From a virus (lineage: Duplodnaviria; Caudoviricetes), in the IMG/VR virus record IMGVR_UViG_3300029448_000055, positions 1 to 54,835 of that record: DNA of 54,835 bases; one strand, written 5' to 3'. The translations under genes were made by a program, and so were the position numbers. Numbering within the stretch: the stretch's first letter is position 1; each line of letters opens with the position of its first letter. Positions 9,337-18,362 of this stretch are shown one piece after another. Below the pieces are notes generated by a model that saw only the letters and a list, made by a program, of their open reading frames with translations, had not been told where the DNA came from and did not search any database.

Positions 9337-9801
9337 CTATAAAGTTTTGATGTCATCAGGATCCGCAATGGTACCAATAATTTCATCGTCATTAATTATT
9401 CTCACTTCATGGTTGTCTTCGAGACGAAACTTCGCCCCAGAATAACGCCCAATCAATACCCAGTCTTTTGGTTTGCACCAAACCTCACCCTCAAATTTTT
9501 CTTTATCCTTATACGCAGTTGGGCCTACTTTTAAAACGTAGGCAACTACGGTTGCTAAAGATTCCCGATCTAAGGTTGAGTCTGTTAAGTGAATACCGCC
9601 TTCGGTTACGCCCTTACCACGGTAAGGTAAAACCAATAAACGCCACCCAGTAGGTGTCGGCATTCGATCTAATAATGATTTGTCTAGCAGGGTTGGATCT
9701 AAGACCCTGTCTTCTGCTTTGATATAGGCTTCATCAACTTTTTGTTGTGCAGCTTTTCTGTCTTCGTCTGCGATGTGTTTTGGAACCACTAGTTCTGACA
9801 T
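9337..9801 (-). CDS. groES: GroES-like co-chaperonin
   Basis: PTGWRLLV...TEGGIHL...VLKVGP...YSGAKF...RIINDDEIIGTI matches the Cpn10 pattern. Confidence 0.88.
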   Translation of the reverse strand: MSELVVPKHIADEDRKAAQQKVDEAYIKAEDRVLDPTLLDKSLLDRMPTPTGWRLLVLPYRGKGVTEGGIHLTDSTLDRESLATVVAYVLKVGPTAYKDKEKFEGEVWCKPKDWVLIGRYSGAKFRLEDNHEVRIINDDEIIGTIADPDDIKTL

Positions 9802-9804
9802 CGA

Positions 9805-9990
9805 TTATTCCTCTGTTTGCAGCACCTCTTTTATTTCCGCCTCCAGAGAGCGAAGTGCTGTTAGCTCTCCTATGTGGAATCGGTAATCTTCAATGGATTG
9901 TATATTACCTCCACCTAAACTTTCAAGGATATCTTGTTCTCTTTGACGAATTTTTTTTAACAGCCATTCAGCTAAATTTATTGCTTCCAT
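9805..9990 (-). CDS. Hypothetical protein between portal and GroES
   Basis: 61 aa helical ORF, EDYRFHIGEL motif. Confidence 0.7.
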   Translation of the reverse strand: MEAINLAEWLLKKIRQREQDILESLGGGNIQSIEDYRFHIGELTALRSLEAEIKEVLQTEE

Positions 9991-10000
9991 ATATTTTTTG

Positions 10001-10056
10001 AGTCAGTGCAAGTCCTATCGGGGAGATTGGAGAGATATGAATAACTGGCACTGACT
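10001..10056. other. Intergenic stem-loop
   Basis: AGTCAGTGC...GCACTGACT inverted repeat spanning most of the portal/9990 spacer. Confidence 0.5.
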
Positions 10057-10057
10057 A

Positions 10058-12529
10058 CTAATCCCTCTGTTTAATTAATAATTCTGCTTGTTTAATTCTA
10101 TTGGAAGCGGCCAAACGATCGCGTCCTAAATCATCTTTTAGACGTGCTATCTCTTCAGTAACATTTAATTTTTGTTTAGCTAGTTCCAATTGTTGCATGG
10201 TTCTTTGCGCATCAAAGTCTTGACGGACCATAAACTCTTCACGTTTTCTTTCTACGTCTTGAGCTTTGATATCTAATTCTTTATCACGTAAAGCCACTAA
10301 TGGATCTGGTGGCGGCATAGGTGGCATAAAGGCTTGATTGACTTGTGCCATTAACCCCGCTTCAACTTGGGCTACATCTTTTGCTACAGCTTCGGATAAT
10401 CTTTGCATCATCATTTGCGCTTGTTCTGGTGGCATCTGTTGAAGCATTTGTATGGTTTGTAAATATTCAGGATCTTGACTGTTTTGCATTTCAACTAGTT
10501 CGGCAGCTCGTAGTGACACGTGCTGATAAACGTGAGCCTGCACGGCACCCATCACGACTGGATTAGCCATGACACTGCTAGTAGCAGCAAATGATAAATG
10601 CACATTGATGTGAGCATCGTGATCTTGGCCAGGAAAGGCTTGCACCGGTTGACCGTTTAACAGCAAAGAGTTTTCACTAGCTGGATCAGTTGGCATGGGT
10701 TGCGGCGGTGGTGGTAACAAACGTTCAACATTTTGCACACCCATCGCTGAATACATACGACGGTAACCTTCGTAAATACCTTGTGGACCATGGATCTGTG
10801 GATTTGAATTTACTACCGTTAAAATTTCTTGGGCCAACATCACCCGTTGACTCATCGAGAATATATTCGGATCTGAAACTGGGAGGACATCAACTCGATT
10901 GTCAAAGTCCATGCTCTTAATCATGGCATCGCCATTGGCAGTCATGTAAGGATATTCGGCTGGTAGATACTCAGCAAAAACTTTTGCTAATAAAGTAAAT
11001 TCAAAACGTTGGGAAGAATGCAAACGTTTGTGAATGGCTGACATAACTTTGGTGCCACGTTCTAGTAAAGCTACGGTGGTACCAACTGGCATGTTGGAAT
11101 TAGCATCGCCAACTTGCGTATCAGCCAAAGCAGCAAACCGACGACCGCTATCAACTAAAGTGCCGAGTAAATTTAATAAAGTACCCGATGGTTCTTTGTA
11201 AGGCAAAGAAACAAAAGCATCACGCAAGTTACCACCAGGTGCGTCCATATCACGAAACTCGCCTGGTTGTAACGGTTGATCGTCATTACGAATACGAATA
11301 CCACGAGCTTTGAACCCAGCGGGTAAGTTGCTTAACGTTCCAGCATCAATTAATTGTCGTAGTATCGAGGTTGACGCTTTTGACAACCCACCGATCATAT
11401 GCGTCAACCCGAACCCGTAAAAACCTAAGCCTGGTAAAAATTTATAGTGGACAAAATAATTTATTTTTTTCTTATTTGGATCAGTCGCTCGATAATTACG
11501 ACGGATAGCTAGGATCTCACTGGAATCACTAGATAAAGTAATCACATAAGGCAACTTAATACCTGTGGGTTCACCTTCAGCATCCATGTCCTCATAGCCT
11601 GGTAAATCTAATTCAGTGTGTATTTCTAAAACATTACAGGTATCGCTTTCGCCATAACTAGGTTCGATACCTTGCAACTCATCAATTTCATCTTGTACCT
11701 CGCTATAGTCTTCACTAATAATAGCTGCGGTAGATATTTCAACGTCACGATAGAATCCAGCTTTTTGTAATTTACGAATGTCGTTCATTGACATTTCAAT
11801 TTGGTGAGTAATCCTAGTAGCACTATAAATATCGGTAGTGGCATAAGGTACGATCAAATCTTCAGCTGGGATAAATCTAGATACAGCTCGATTTAAATTT
11901 TGATCGTAATAAACTTTACGGAAAGCGGAACCAGAAAGTGGTAAATAAAATAATAGTTGATCGGTCTCACTATCGTACTCTTCCATGACCGTCATCAACT
12001 GGTAATTCATAAATTCACGCACTCGATCAGCTTGCGCATCACTGTCTGGCGTAGTTGCCCCCATGACTTGAGTACGCACTGGACCGTTTGAAGGAATTAA
12101 TTCTTTGTAAGCTTGTGCTTGGAACTGAGTAACTGACTCAGCCAAGAGTGGGTGCATGACTCCAGAGGCACCATCAAATGGTTGCGAACGCTCTTCGTAG
12201 TTCATGCCTAAAGTTTCTAGGCCTTCTTTGTAAGTATTTTCCCAGTTTTGACGCGAGGCTCGATCACCTTGAACAGCATCAACTAAGTCGTTATAAATTA
12301 CATCCAAAGCATCGTCTTCTATGTACTCAGCTAAGTTATCGTTAAATTCTTCTTGAATGTCTGGCGTTAAGACCGAACCAAAAGTAATAGTACCGTCTTC
12401 TTGAGTTTCAAAATTACTTAAATCTAGCTCGCTGTCTTCGGGGACACTGACTTCAATTGACTTGTCTTTGTTCTCAACTTTTAACTCAGCTTGATCAGCT
12501 GCATCTATTGCTTTGTCTATATCTGCCAT
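10058..12529 (-). CDS. Portal protein (P22-like size, long C-terminal coiled coil)
   Basis: 823 aa; HPLLAESVTQFQA, LPLSGSAFRKVYYD, GFYGFGL, LIDAGTLSNLP motifs; after TerL. Confidence 0.9.
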   Translation of the reverse strand: MADIDKAIDAADQAELKVENKDKSIEVSVPEDSELDLSNFETQEDGTITFGSVLTPDIQEEFNDNLAEYIEDDALDVIYNDLVDAVQGDRASRQNWENTYKEGLETLGMNYEERSQPFDGASGVMHPLLAESVTQFQAQAYKELIPSNGPVRTQVMGATTPDSDAQADRVREFMNYQLMTVMEEYDSETDQLLFYLPLSGSAFRKVYYDQNLNRAVSRFIPAEDLIVPYATTDIYSATRITHQIEMSMNDIRKLQKAGFYRDVEISTAAIISEDYSEVQDEIDELQGIEPSYGESDTCNVLEIHTELDLPGYEDMDAEGEPTGIKLPYVITLSSDSSEILAIRRNYRATDPNKKKINYFVHYKFLPGLGFYGFGLTHMIGGLSKASTSILRQLIDAGTLSNLPAGFKARGIRIRNDDQPLQPGEFRDMDAPGGNLRDAFVSLPYKEPSGTLLNLLGTLVDSGRRFAALADTQVGDANSNMPVGTTVALLERGTKVMSAIHKRLHSSQRFEFTLLAKVFAEYLPAEYPYMTANGDAMIKSMDFDNRVDVLPVSDPNIFSMSQRVMLAQEILTVVNSNPQIHGPQGIYEGYRRMYSAMGVQNVERLLPPPPQPMPTDPASENSLLLNGQPVQAFPGQDHDAHINVHLSFAATSSVMANPVVMGAVQAHVYQHVSLRAAELVEMQNSQDPEYLQTIQMLQQMPPEQAQMMMQRLSEAVAKDVAQVEAGLMAQVNQAFMPPMPPPDPLVALRDKELDIKAQDVERKREEFMVRQDFDAQRTMQQLELAKQKLNVTEEIARLKDDLGRDRLAASNRIKQAELLIKQRD

Positions 12530-12714
12530 CAGTGTATTGTCTCATTTTCCATTGACATTTGTGCAAACATTAAATCTGTTAGCTCGCCAACAATTGTTAA
12601 GCCCATAGTATCTGCTATTTCTTGAGCAGAAGCAAAGTCTGGAGCACAAATACTTGGTCCTTCATAAATTTTTTTATCCAACCAAGCGGTGTATTCTGTT
12701 AAAAAAAGTTTCAT
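12529..12714 (-). CDS. Hypothetical protein
   Basis: 61 aa, coupled to both neighbours. Confidence 0.65.
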   Translation of the reverse strand: MKLFLTEYTAWLDKKIYEGPSICAPDFASAQEIADTMGLTIVGELTDLMFAQMSMENETIH

Positions 12715-12932
12715 TCTTCATTATCGTGTTCGGCTAATATTGATTCTATCTTTTTTTTACTAGAAGCCAATAGTTTTTGTGAATGATTAGTCAGTCTTAC
12801 CCCATAAGTGTAGGCATTGATGCTTTCTTCTAAGGGGAGGTCGCCTGTTTCTAAGGCTTTAACAACTCTTTTTAATTTTTCTAAGCTTTCTTCAAACTCT
12901 AAATGATCTACAGCTGGTAGATTGTCTTTCAA
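12711..12932 (-). CDS. xseB: Exodeoxyribonuclease VII small subunit homologue
   Basis: FEESLEKLKRVVKALETGDLPLEESINAYTYGVRL...SQKLL...KKIESI matches the XseB consensus; 73 aa. Confidence 0.85.
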   Translation of the reverse strand: MKDNLPAVDHLEFEESLEKLKRVVKALETGDLPLEESINAYTYGVRLTNHSQKLLASSKKKIESILAEHDNEE

Positions 12933-13352
12933 TTATTTTTTCTTTTTAGAGTTTAAATAATCTTTTAAATTAGTAAAGCCAGCTTTTTTTATTTGGTCTT
13001 TAGTTACCGTGCTGTACTTTTTACCTTGGTAAGTAAAAGTAGAATTAGGACCTTTGCTTTTCCTGGCTTTTTTAAAAGCGTCACCAAAAGATTTTGGTTT
13101 GTTACGTAAAGCATTAGCTCCAGTTATGACTGTACCAATACCAGCAGCAAGCAAGCCAATTCTGCCTTTTGGTATTTTTTTTGCAACAGGTTTTTTAGCT
13201 ACTAGTTTTTTAGCCGCTGCACTTTTAGGCAGTTTTTTTGAAACAGCTGTAGCTTTTTTAGGTTTTTTTCTTGTAACAGCTGTAGTTTTTTTAACTACAG
13301 GTTTTTTAGCAACTGTGGTTCTCGTGCCTCTTCTGGTTTTTTTAACAGCCAT
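12933..13352 (-). CDS. Lysine-rich histone-like protein
   Basis: KKPVVKK/KKPVAKK repeats, hydrophobic segment, SFGDAFKKARK...FTYQGKKYST C-terminal motif. Confidence 0.7.
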   Translation of the reverse strand: MAVKKTRRGTRTTVAKKPVVKKTTAVTRKKPKKATAVSKKLPKSAAAKKLVAKKPVAKKIPKGRIGLLAAGIGTVITGANALRNKPKSFGDAFKKARKSKGPNSTFTYQGKKYSTVTKDQIKKAGFTNLKDYLNSKKKK

Positions 13353-13361
13353 AATAATCCT

Positions 13362-14819
13362 CTAATAATAAATATTCTGTCTTGGCTCATTATCTTCCAT
13401 AATTTCATCGGAATCAAGCGTGATGAAATTACCTTGACGAAAACGCATCAAGGCTTGGGTCATGGAATCTACCAAGTCATCGTTCTCGCTATAAGGAAAA
13501 GCCGCGCACTCTTCAATCAGTTCATCAGCAAAACCCATTTCTGGAGCCCAAACCATACCCGCTTCAAACATTGGTGCCACTGAGTGCATCCTGGTGACTT
13601 TGTCATTCCCACGCGAAGGTCGGAAGTTAATCACTGGGATCCCCATCATTCTGAGTTCTTGCGTCAAAGGAGTCCCACTCGATTGAGCTTCAATCAAGAC
13701 CATGTCGGGGCTCCAACTTTGATATTCGTCGTAAGCAATGGTTTTTAATTCAGGAAAATCCCACCGGCCTTTTTTAGAATCCAAAAGAATGATTGATTCG
13801 GGCGCGTCATCGGTCGGTTGAAACACGCCCCAAGTAGTAATCGCCGAGTAGTCAGCGGATTCTTTTTTAGAAAAAGCCGTATCGTAAGATTGAATGATGT
13901 ACTCTACTGGCGGTGGTTCTTCGTGTTCCCAAATCTGCCACCACTCACGGCGGACAATGGCACCTTCTTCACTGGTGGGATTCTGCATGTACTGAGCGTT
14001 CCACTTAGCGACAGGAATTGACGCTTTCACTGCTTCAAGCTCTTCTAGCTGCCAGTATTCAGGCCAAAGCGGTTTGCCAGAATCTAAAATCGCGGGCAAT
14101 TCTAGGACCTCCCATTGATCGGCGTTGTCTTCGCCCATGCGTTTGATTAATTTAGAGGTCAGATCCAGCGTGCTCCAACGGGTCATGACGATGACAATCG
14201 TGCCGCCTGGTTGCAAACGTTGTCGCGGCCCAGAGGAATACCACTCCCAAGCACTTTCTAAGGCTGACGGAGAAAGAGCATCTTGTTCTGAGTGCGGATC
14301 ATCAATAATTAACAGATCGGCACCACGCCCCGTGATCGCTCCGCCCACTCCAGCAGCAAAATACTCACCGCCTTTGTCAGTCTCCCAACGCCCTGCCGAC
14401 TTGGAATCGGCGGAGAGGCCAACATTATCAAAAATTTGTTTGTATTCGTTCTGATCCATAAGGTTCCTAACCTTTCGACCGAAACGAACGGAGAGTTCAG
14501 CGGTGTGAGTGGTCTGCATTATCTTGGTGTTTGGTTTGAGTCCCATAAACCAAGACGGAAAGAACACTGAAGCAAACTCAGACTTGGTGTGTCTGGGTGG
14601 CATATTGACAATTAATCTTTTAATTTTGCCTTGGGCGACAGCTTCTAACTTACTGGCAAACAAACGGTGGTGTTCACCTTCAACAAACTCAGGCCAGACA
14701 TGTTTCACATAGTCCAAAAAGGATTCTTTGGATTTGTTTTTAGTTTCCATAACTTTCAAACGATCTTGAATCATTAAGATCTCTTTTATGGTGTCGTCGT
14801 TTAGATGGTCAAATGACAT
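13362..14819 (-). CDS. terL: Terminase large subunit
   Basis: MPPRHTKSE Walker A, LLIIDDP Walker B, QSYDTA and DDLVDS nuclease motifs. Confidence 0.95.
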   Translation of the reverse strand: MSFDHLNDDTIKEILMIQDRLKVMETKNKSKESFLDYVKHVWPEFVEGEHHRLFASKLEAVAQGKIKRLIVNMPPRHTKSEFASVFFPSWFMGLKPNTKIMQTTHTAELSVRFGRKVRNLMDQNEYKQIFDNVGLSADSKSAGRWETDKGGEYFAAGVGGAITGRGADLLIIDDPHSEQDALSPSALESAWEWYSSGPRQRLQPGGTIVIVMTRWSTLDLTSKLIKRMGEDNADQWEVLELPAILDSGKPLWPEYWQLEELEAVKASIPVAKWNAQYMQNPTSEEGAIVRREWWQIWEHEEPPPVEYIIQSYDTAFSKKESADYSAITTWGVFQPTDDAPESIILLDSKKGRWDFPELKTIAYDEYQSWSPDMVLIEAQSSGTPLTQELRMMGIPVINFRPSRGNDKVTRMHSVAPMFEAGMVWAPEMGFADELIEECAAFPYSENDDLVDSMTQALMRFRQGNFITLDSDEIMEDNEPRQNIYY

Positions 14820-14865
14820 TTTTTTTATAAAATTTTTGTGGCCTCAATAGGGGTCCCTTAGATAA

Positions 14866-15024
14866 TTAATTACCGGACTCCCAATCTTTCAGAGCCTTCC
14901 AATATAGTTTTATGCCTTTCACAAATTTTTTTCGCATAATAACAACTTCTCTTGAATAATTATTATCTATATAAATGATCAAAGCACATAAACCTAAAAC
15001 AGCTATTAGATAGAAATCTTCCAT
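14866..15024 (-). CDS. Small membrane protein (52 aa; not in ORF track)
   Basis: MEDFYLIAVLGLCALIIYIDNNYS...WKALKDWESGN; one hydrophobic segment. Confidence 0.45.
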   Translation of the reverse strand: MEDFYLIAVLGLCALIIYIDNNYSREVVIMRKKFVKGIKLYWKALKDWESGN

Positions 15025-15134
15025 TATTTTTTATCATTTTGGTCTTTGTTTTCATTTTCTAAAGATTATATATGTGAAATGTTATTTTATATATAGATAT
15101 ATACGCGTGCGACAAAAAAGGGGGGGCGGTAGCC

Positions 15135-15168
15135 AAAAAAAAACCCGCCAAAAAATGACGGGCTTTTC
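15135..15168 (-). terminator. Rho-independent terminator
   Basis: Minus strand CCCGTCA-ttttt-TGGCGGG stem (one G-U) then T9. Confidence 0.7.
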
Positions 15169-15184
15169 AAAGGAATTATTTTTT

Positions 15185-15346
15185 TTATAAATCTCTTAAC
15201 ATTCCCATTAAGAAAAAACTTAAACCCATACCATATAAGATAGTGAGTAAATATTGAACGATAGAGTAGTAGTAACTTTTATCGAACAATATAAATAATC
15301 CCAACAGACAAAAACAAAATCCAAATCCTAATATAAAGTTTTTCAT
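15185..15346 (-). CDS. Small two-TM membrane protein (53 aa; not in ORF track)
   Basis: MKNFILGFGFCFCLLGLFILFDKSYYYSIVQYLLTILYGMGLSFFLMGMLRDL; TAATG overlap with upstream ORF. Confidence 0.6.
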   Translation of the reverse strand: MKNFILGFGFCFCLLGLFILFDKSYYYSIVQYLLTILYGMGLSFFLMGMLRDL

Positions 15347-15723
15347 TATCTGTAATCCTCCACTTGTAGATTTCTATAAACCACTACAGCTTTTCTAGGT
15401 TTTGATTTATGAACATCAAAAGATATTCCCTCGCCATCATTAAAGTAATGATGCACTTTGTAGCCTTTGGTATTACCAACAACAGAATCAGAAACAGTTA
15501 AGTTCTGTTTTTTCCATTCTATTTCTATGGCATCGCTAGGTACTAATAGACCATGGGGCGTCAATTTAAAATCAAGAACTTCTTTAAGTTCTTTTTTATA
15601 GGCATTGACTGTCTTTTCTTGTGCGTTGATTTCTTTGCAATGCACAATATAAGCATGATCAGATTTTAATTTAGTCAATTTTGCTAACGCTTTCTTGACT
15701 TCGTAAGGTAATTTTTTATTCAT
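15346..15723 (-). CDS. Hypothetical protein
   Basis: 125 aa, strong AGGAGGT RBS. Confidence 0.75.
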   Translation of the reverse strand: MNKKLPYEVKKALAKLTKLKSDHAYIVHCKEINAQEKTVNAYKKELKEVLDFKLTPHGLLVPSDAIEIEWKKQNLTVSDSVVGNTKGYKVHHYFNDGEGISFDVHKSKPRKAVVVYRNLQVEDYR

Positions 15724-15780
15724 TGTTAAACCTCCTAAAGTTATTGTTGAATTAAAATTATAAATAATTTTATACTATTA

Positions 15781-15809
15781 TTTACTTTTTGTATAGTGCC
15801 AGGTATAAT
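15781..15809 (+). promoter_or_regulatory. Sigma70-type promoter
   Basis: TTTACT-17 bp-TATAAT upstream of the 15839 ORF. Confidence 0.7.
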
Positions 15810-15838
15810 TTAATTTTAACTTTATGGAGATAATAAAA

Positions 15839-16027
15839 ATGATAAAACCAAACTTTCAAATAATAACCTTTCTTCAAGGTTGTATATTAGATACGCTTTT
15901 TTTTGACACTGAGAAAGAAGTAGAAGAAAAAGAAAAAGATTTAAGAGCCAGTGGTTATATTCTTTATTCTGAGCTTATCGGGGACGAAGAATTAAATTAT
16001 GTTGTTTATGATTATAGATCTGAATGA
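15839..16027 (+). CDS. Hypothetical acidic protein
   Basis: GGAG RBS favours ATG 15839 over the track's 15824. Confidence 0.65.
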   Translation: MIKPNFQIITFLQGCILDTLFFDTEKEVEEKEKDLRASGYILYSELIGDEELNYVVYDYRSE

Positions 16028-16130
16028 GATCCCAGATCCAGCTCTGATAGATCTTCCCCAAACAAATAAGACTGGCCACCTCCAGGATTTAACAACTCGC
16101 ACTTAATTAAATCGCAATAACTCGCAGACC

Positions 16131-16160
16131 AAAAAAAAGGGCAACCGAAGTCGCCCTTTC
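16131..16160 (-). terminator. Rho-independent terminator
   Basis: Minus strand GGGCGAC-TTCG-GTTGCCC then T8. Confidence 0.85.
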
Positions 16161-16174
16161 CCTTACGACTAAAT

Positions 16175-16708
16175 TTAATTTATTTCAAAACCTCCACAAT
16201 ATTTAAGAAATCTAATCCACTCTTCCACGTGCTCTTGTGAAAAAGGATAACTATCTCGACTATCACGCTTTGAATAAAGAGCATTCCATTCATCATGCAA
16301 ATCTTCTGGATAGTCTTTTGGCACCAAGTTATCTTTGCCTGTAACTTTGGCTACTTTTTTCTTCAATGCTTCAAATTCTTTTTCAACTTTGGCATTGTTC
16401 TCTTTGGCTACCTTGATGCTCTCATCAATTTCCTTTTGATACTCAGCAAGCAAGCCTTCATCAATAGACCATTTCAAACGCTGTACTAACTCTCGGCAAT
16501 CTTCATCAGTTTCAAGCCCTTCGCCGTCGTTACAATGTCCCGACTCGAAAAGTTCTTCTGAAATTAATTGATTGGCGTTTTTTTGTTCAGCATAAAAACG
16601 ATCTATCTCAGCAGTGTAGTTCCATAAAGGACGCCACCACCATATGTTGCTTCTAAAGTATTCGCCTATTTCTTTTTCAGGCTCTCTTCCGTACACATCC
16701 ATTCCCAT
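16175..16708 (-). CDS. Hypothetical phage protein
   Basis: MGMDVYG...YFRSNIWWWRPLW...FLKYCGGFEI; AGGAGGT RBS. Confidence 0.8.
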   Translation of the reverse strand: MGMDVYGREPEKEIGEYFRSNIWWWRPLWNYTAEIDRFYAEQKNANQLISEELFESGHCNDGEGLETDEDCRELVQRLKWSIDEGLLAEYQKEIDESIKVAKENNAKVEKEFEALKKKVAKVTGKDNLVPKDYPEDLHDEWNALYSKRDSRDSYPFSQEHVEEWIRFLKYCGGFEIN

Positions 16709-16797
16709 ATTTACCTCCTAAAGTTTTAATTGTTAATAGATACTGTTATTTTACTTAAAGTCTAGTATAATGCAAGTATAACTTTACGGAGATAAAT

Positions 16798-17193
16798 ATG
16801 AAATTATTAACAATAGATAATGCGAGAGGAATCCTGGAAAAGGGAGAAATATATCGCATAGGTACGAACGCTTTGAATGTTCTTGAATTTACTTATGAAC
16901 ATAAGGGCTTTAAAAAAAACAATCCAACATATAAAGACTCGCCTTTTTTAAAAGACGCAGAAACTTTATATTTAAATGGGGCAATCAATTGGCTTGACAT
17001 TGAAATGGAAGAACAAAAAACTGACTTTCGTTTTCATGCTGTTAAAAAACCAAATGCCGAAGACAAACGTTTTGAATGGGGTGTCTTCTGTGCTTGGAAT
17101 GGCGAGCCACTTTGGTTGTTAGATGATTACGAAACTACTGACGAAATCATGCTTGAATGGGAGAATGAAATGATGCTCCCCGATTACGAATAA
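16798..17193 (+). CDS. Hypothetical protein
   Basis: 131 aa, GGAG RBS, upstream TATAAT. Confidence 0.75.
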   Translation: MKLLTIDNARGILEKGEIYRIGTNALNVLEFTYEHKGFKKNNPTYKDSPFLKDAETLYLNGAINWLDIEMEEQKTDFRFHAVKKPNAEDKRFEWGVFCAWNGEPLWLLDDYETTDEIMLEWENEMMLPDYE

Positions 17194-17600
17194 AAAAAAC
17201 AAGCTCCTGGTTTATTAGTCCCAATCACACACTAAAACCAGGAGTCCCCAGGCAAGTAAGCCGCAAGTTACCGGAACAGGCCGCAGTTTGAGACAGCTCT
17301 ATAAGATCTAACAAATCGCAGTTTATTTTGCTCTGGCAATTTTTTGTATTAAGATACGCAAGTCGACTCTCTCGACTACTTTACTTCTCCTAAAGTGAAA
17401 GTCCCCAGGTTAACGCCTGGGGCATTCAAAAAAAATCGCACGAACTCGCAAATTTCCAGATCGGGATTTTAATTTTACAGATCCGGATCTCTTGCTCAGA
17501 TCTAAACAAATCGCAAATCAACGGCCACAAATCGCAAATCGCCAGACGCATTTTCATTTTGAAAACATTTCGCAAGGTTGGGCGAGAGGGGGGAAGTCAT
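17194..17600 (+). repeat. Non-coding region with co-oriented (AAAT)CGCA repeats, AGATC motifs and hairpins
   Basis: 10 CGCA on + strand between 17262 and 17574; hairpins CTCCTGGTTT/AAACCAGGAG and CCCCAGG/CCTGGGG; palindrome AGATCCGGATCT. Confidence 0.7.
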
Positions 17601-17750
17601 ATTAACCATTTAAAATAAGCACTCATCAAAAAAATTACTTAACTTGTATTATCTTGATAGCTTATGTAATTATTTGTAAATATCTGTGCATAAATTTTAA
17701 AAATATGTAATAATTTACATATAAGTTAAATAATTTTAGGAGAAAAAAAT

Positions 17751-17918
17751 ATGAATACTTACGAGTTAGAAAAAATTATAAGCTGTCAAAAAGAACTAGA
17801 ACGTTTATTAAAAACAGTTAAAAAAATTGATTTATCGAACACCTCTCTTAAACGAGCAGATGAAATTTCTATATCTGTTATCTATATTAAAGAAAGTTTA
17901 GATAAAATTATTAATTAA
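17751..17918 (+). CDS. Hypothetical protein (55 aa; not in ORF track)
   Basis: AGGAG RBS; MNTYELEKIISCQKELERLLK...LDKIIN. Confidence 0.6.
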   Translation: MNTYELEKIISCQKELERLLKTVKKIDLSNTSLKRADEISISVIYIKESLDKIIN

Positions 17919-17939
17919 TAAAAATACAGGAGTAAAATT

Positions 17940-18362
17940 ATGAGTAAATTTAAAAAACAATTAGAAGCAGAAAAAGAACTTGCCATGATTAAGGGAGAGA
18001 GTTGGGAAGATTACTACGCAGATTTGGATATTCCAGAAGGTTGGGAGAATGTTTCTTATGGGAATGATGCTTTGCCAAGTTTCTTATCTGTGACCAAAGA
18101 AAATTGGGAAGATGAAAAGGCTTATCATATTTGGATAGATAGTCCTGACCCAGAAATCAGAAAACAAAATTCACTAGATATTTTTGGAGTTGAATATTCT
18201 CCAAGATTTTGTGTGACTATGTGTTATGGCTATGGTCCAACGCCAAACCCAGATAGTGAGTTTGGTTTATTCTCTTCTGATGATTGGCATGAAGTTGTTG
18301 AATGGATTAATAACAATCCAAAATCGCTAGAACAAATTGAAGAAACAAAGGAGTACTTATAA
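17940..18362 (+). CDS. Hypothetical protein
   Basis: AGGAG RBS; WENVSYGNDALPSF motif. Confidence 0.75.
   Translation: MSKFKKQLEAEKELAMIKGESWEDYYADLDIPEGWENVSYGNDALPSFLSVTKENWEDEKAYHIWIDSPDPEIRKQNSLDIFGVEYSPRFCVTMCYGYGPTPNPDSEFGLFSSDDWHEVVEWINNNPKSLEQIEETKEYL

Noticed and set aside
17194-17750. tRNA or known ribozyme in the long non-coding stretch
   Set aside because: No cloverleaf, T-loop consensus or recognisable ribozyme core by eye; a tRNAscan/Rfam search would be needed to exclude formally
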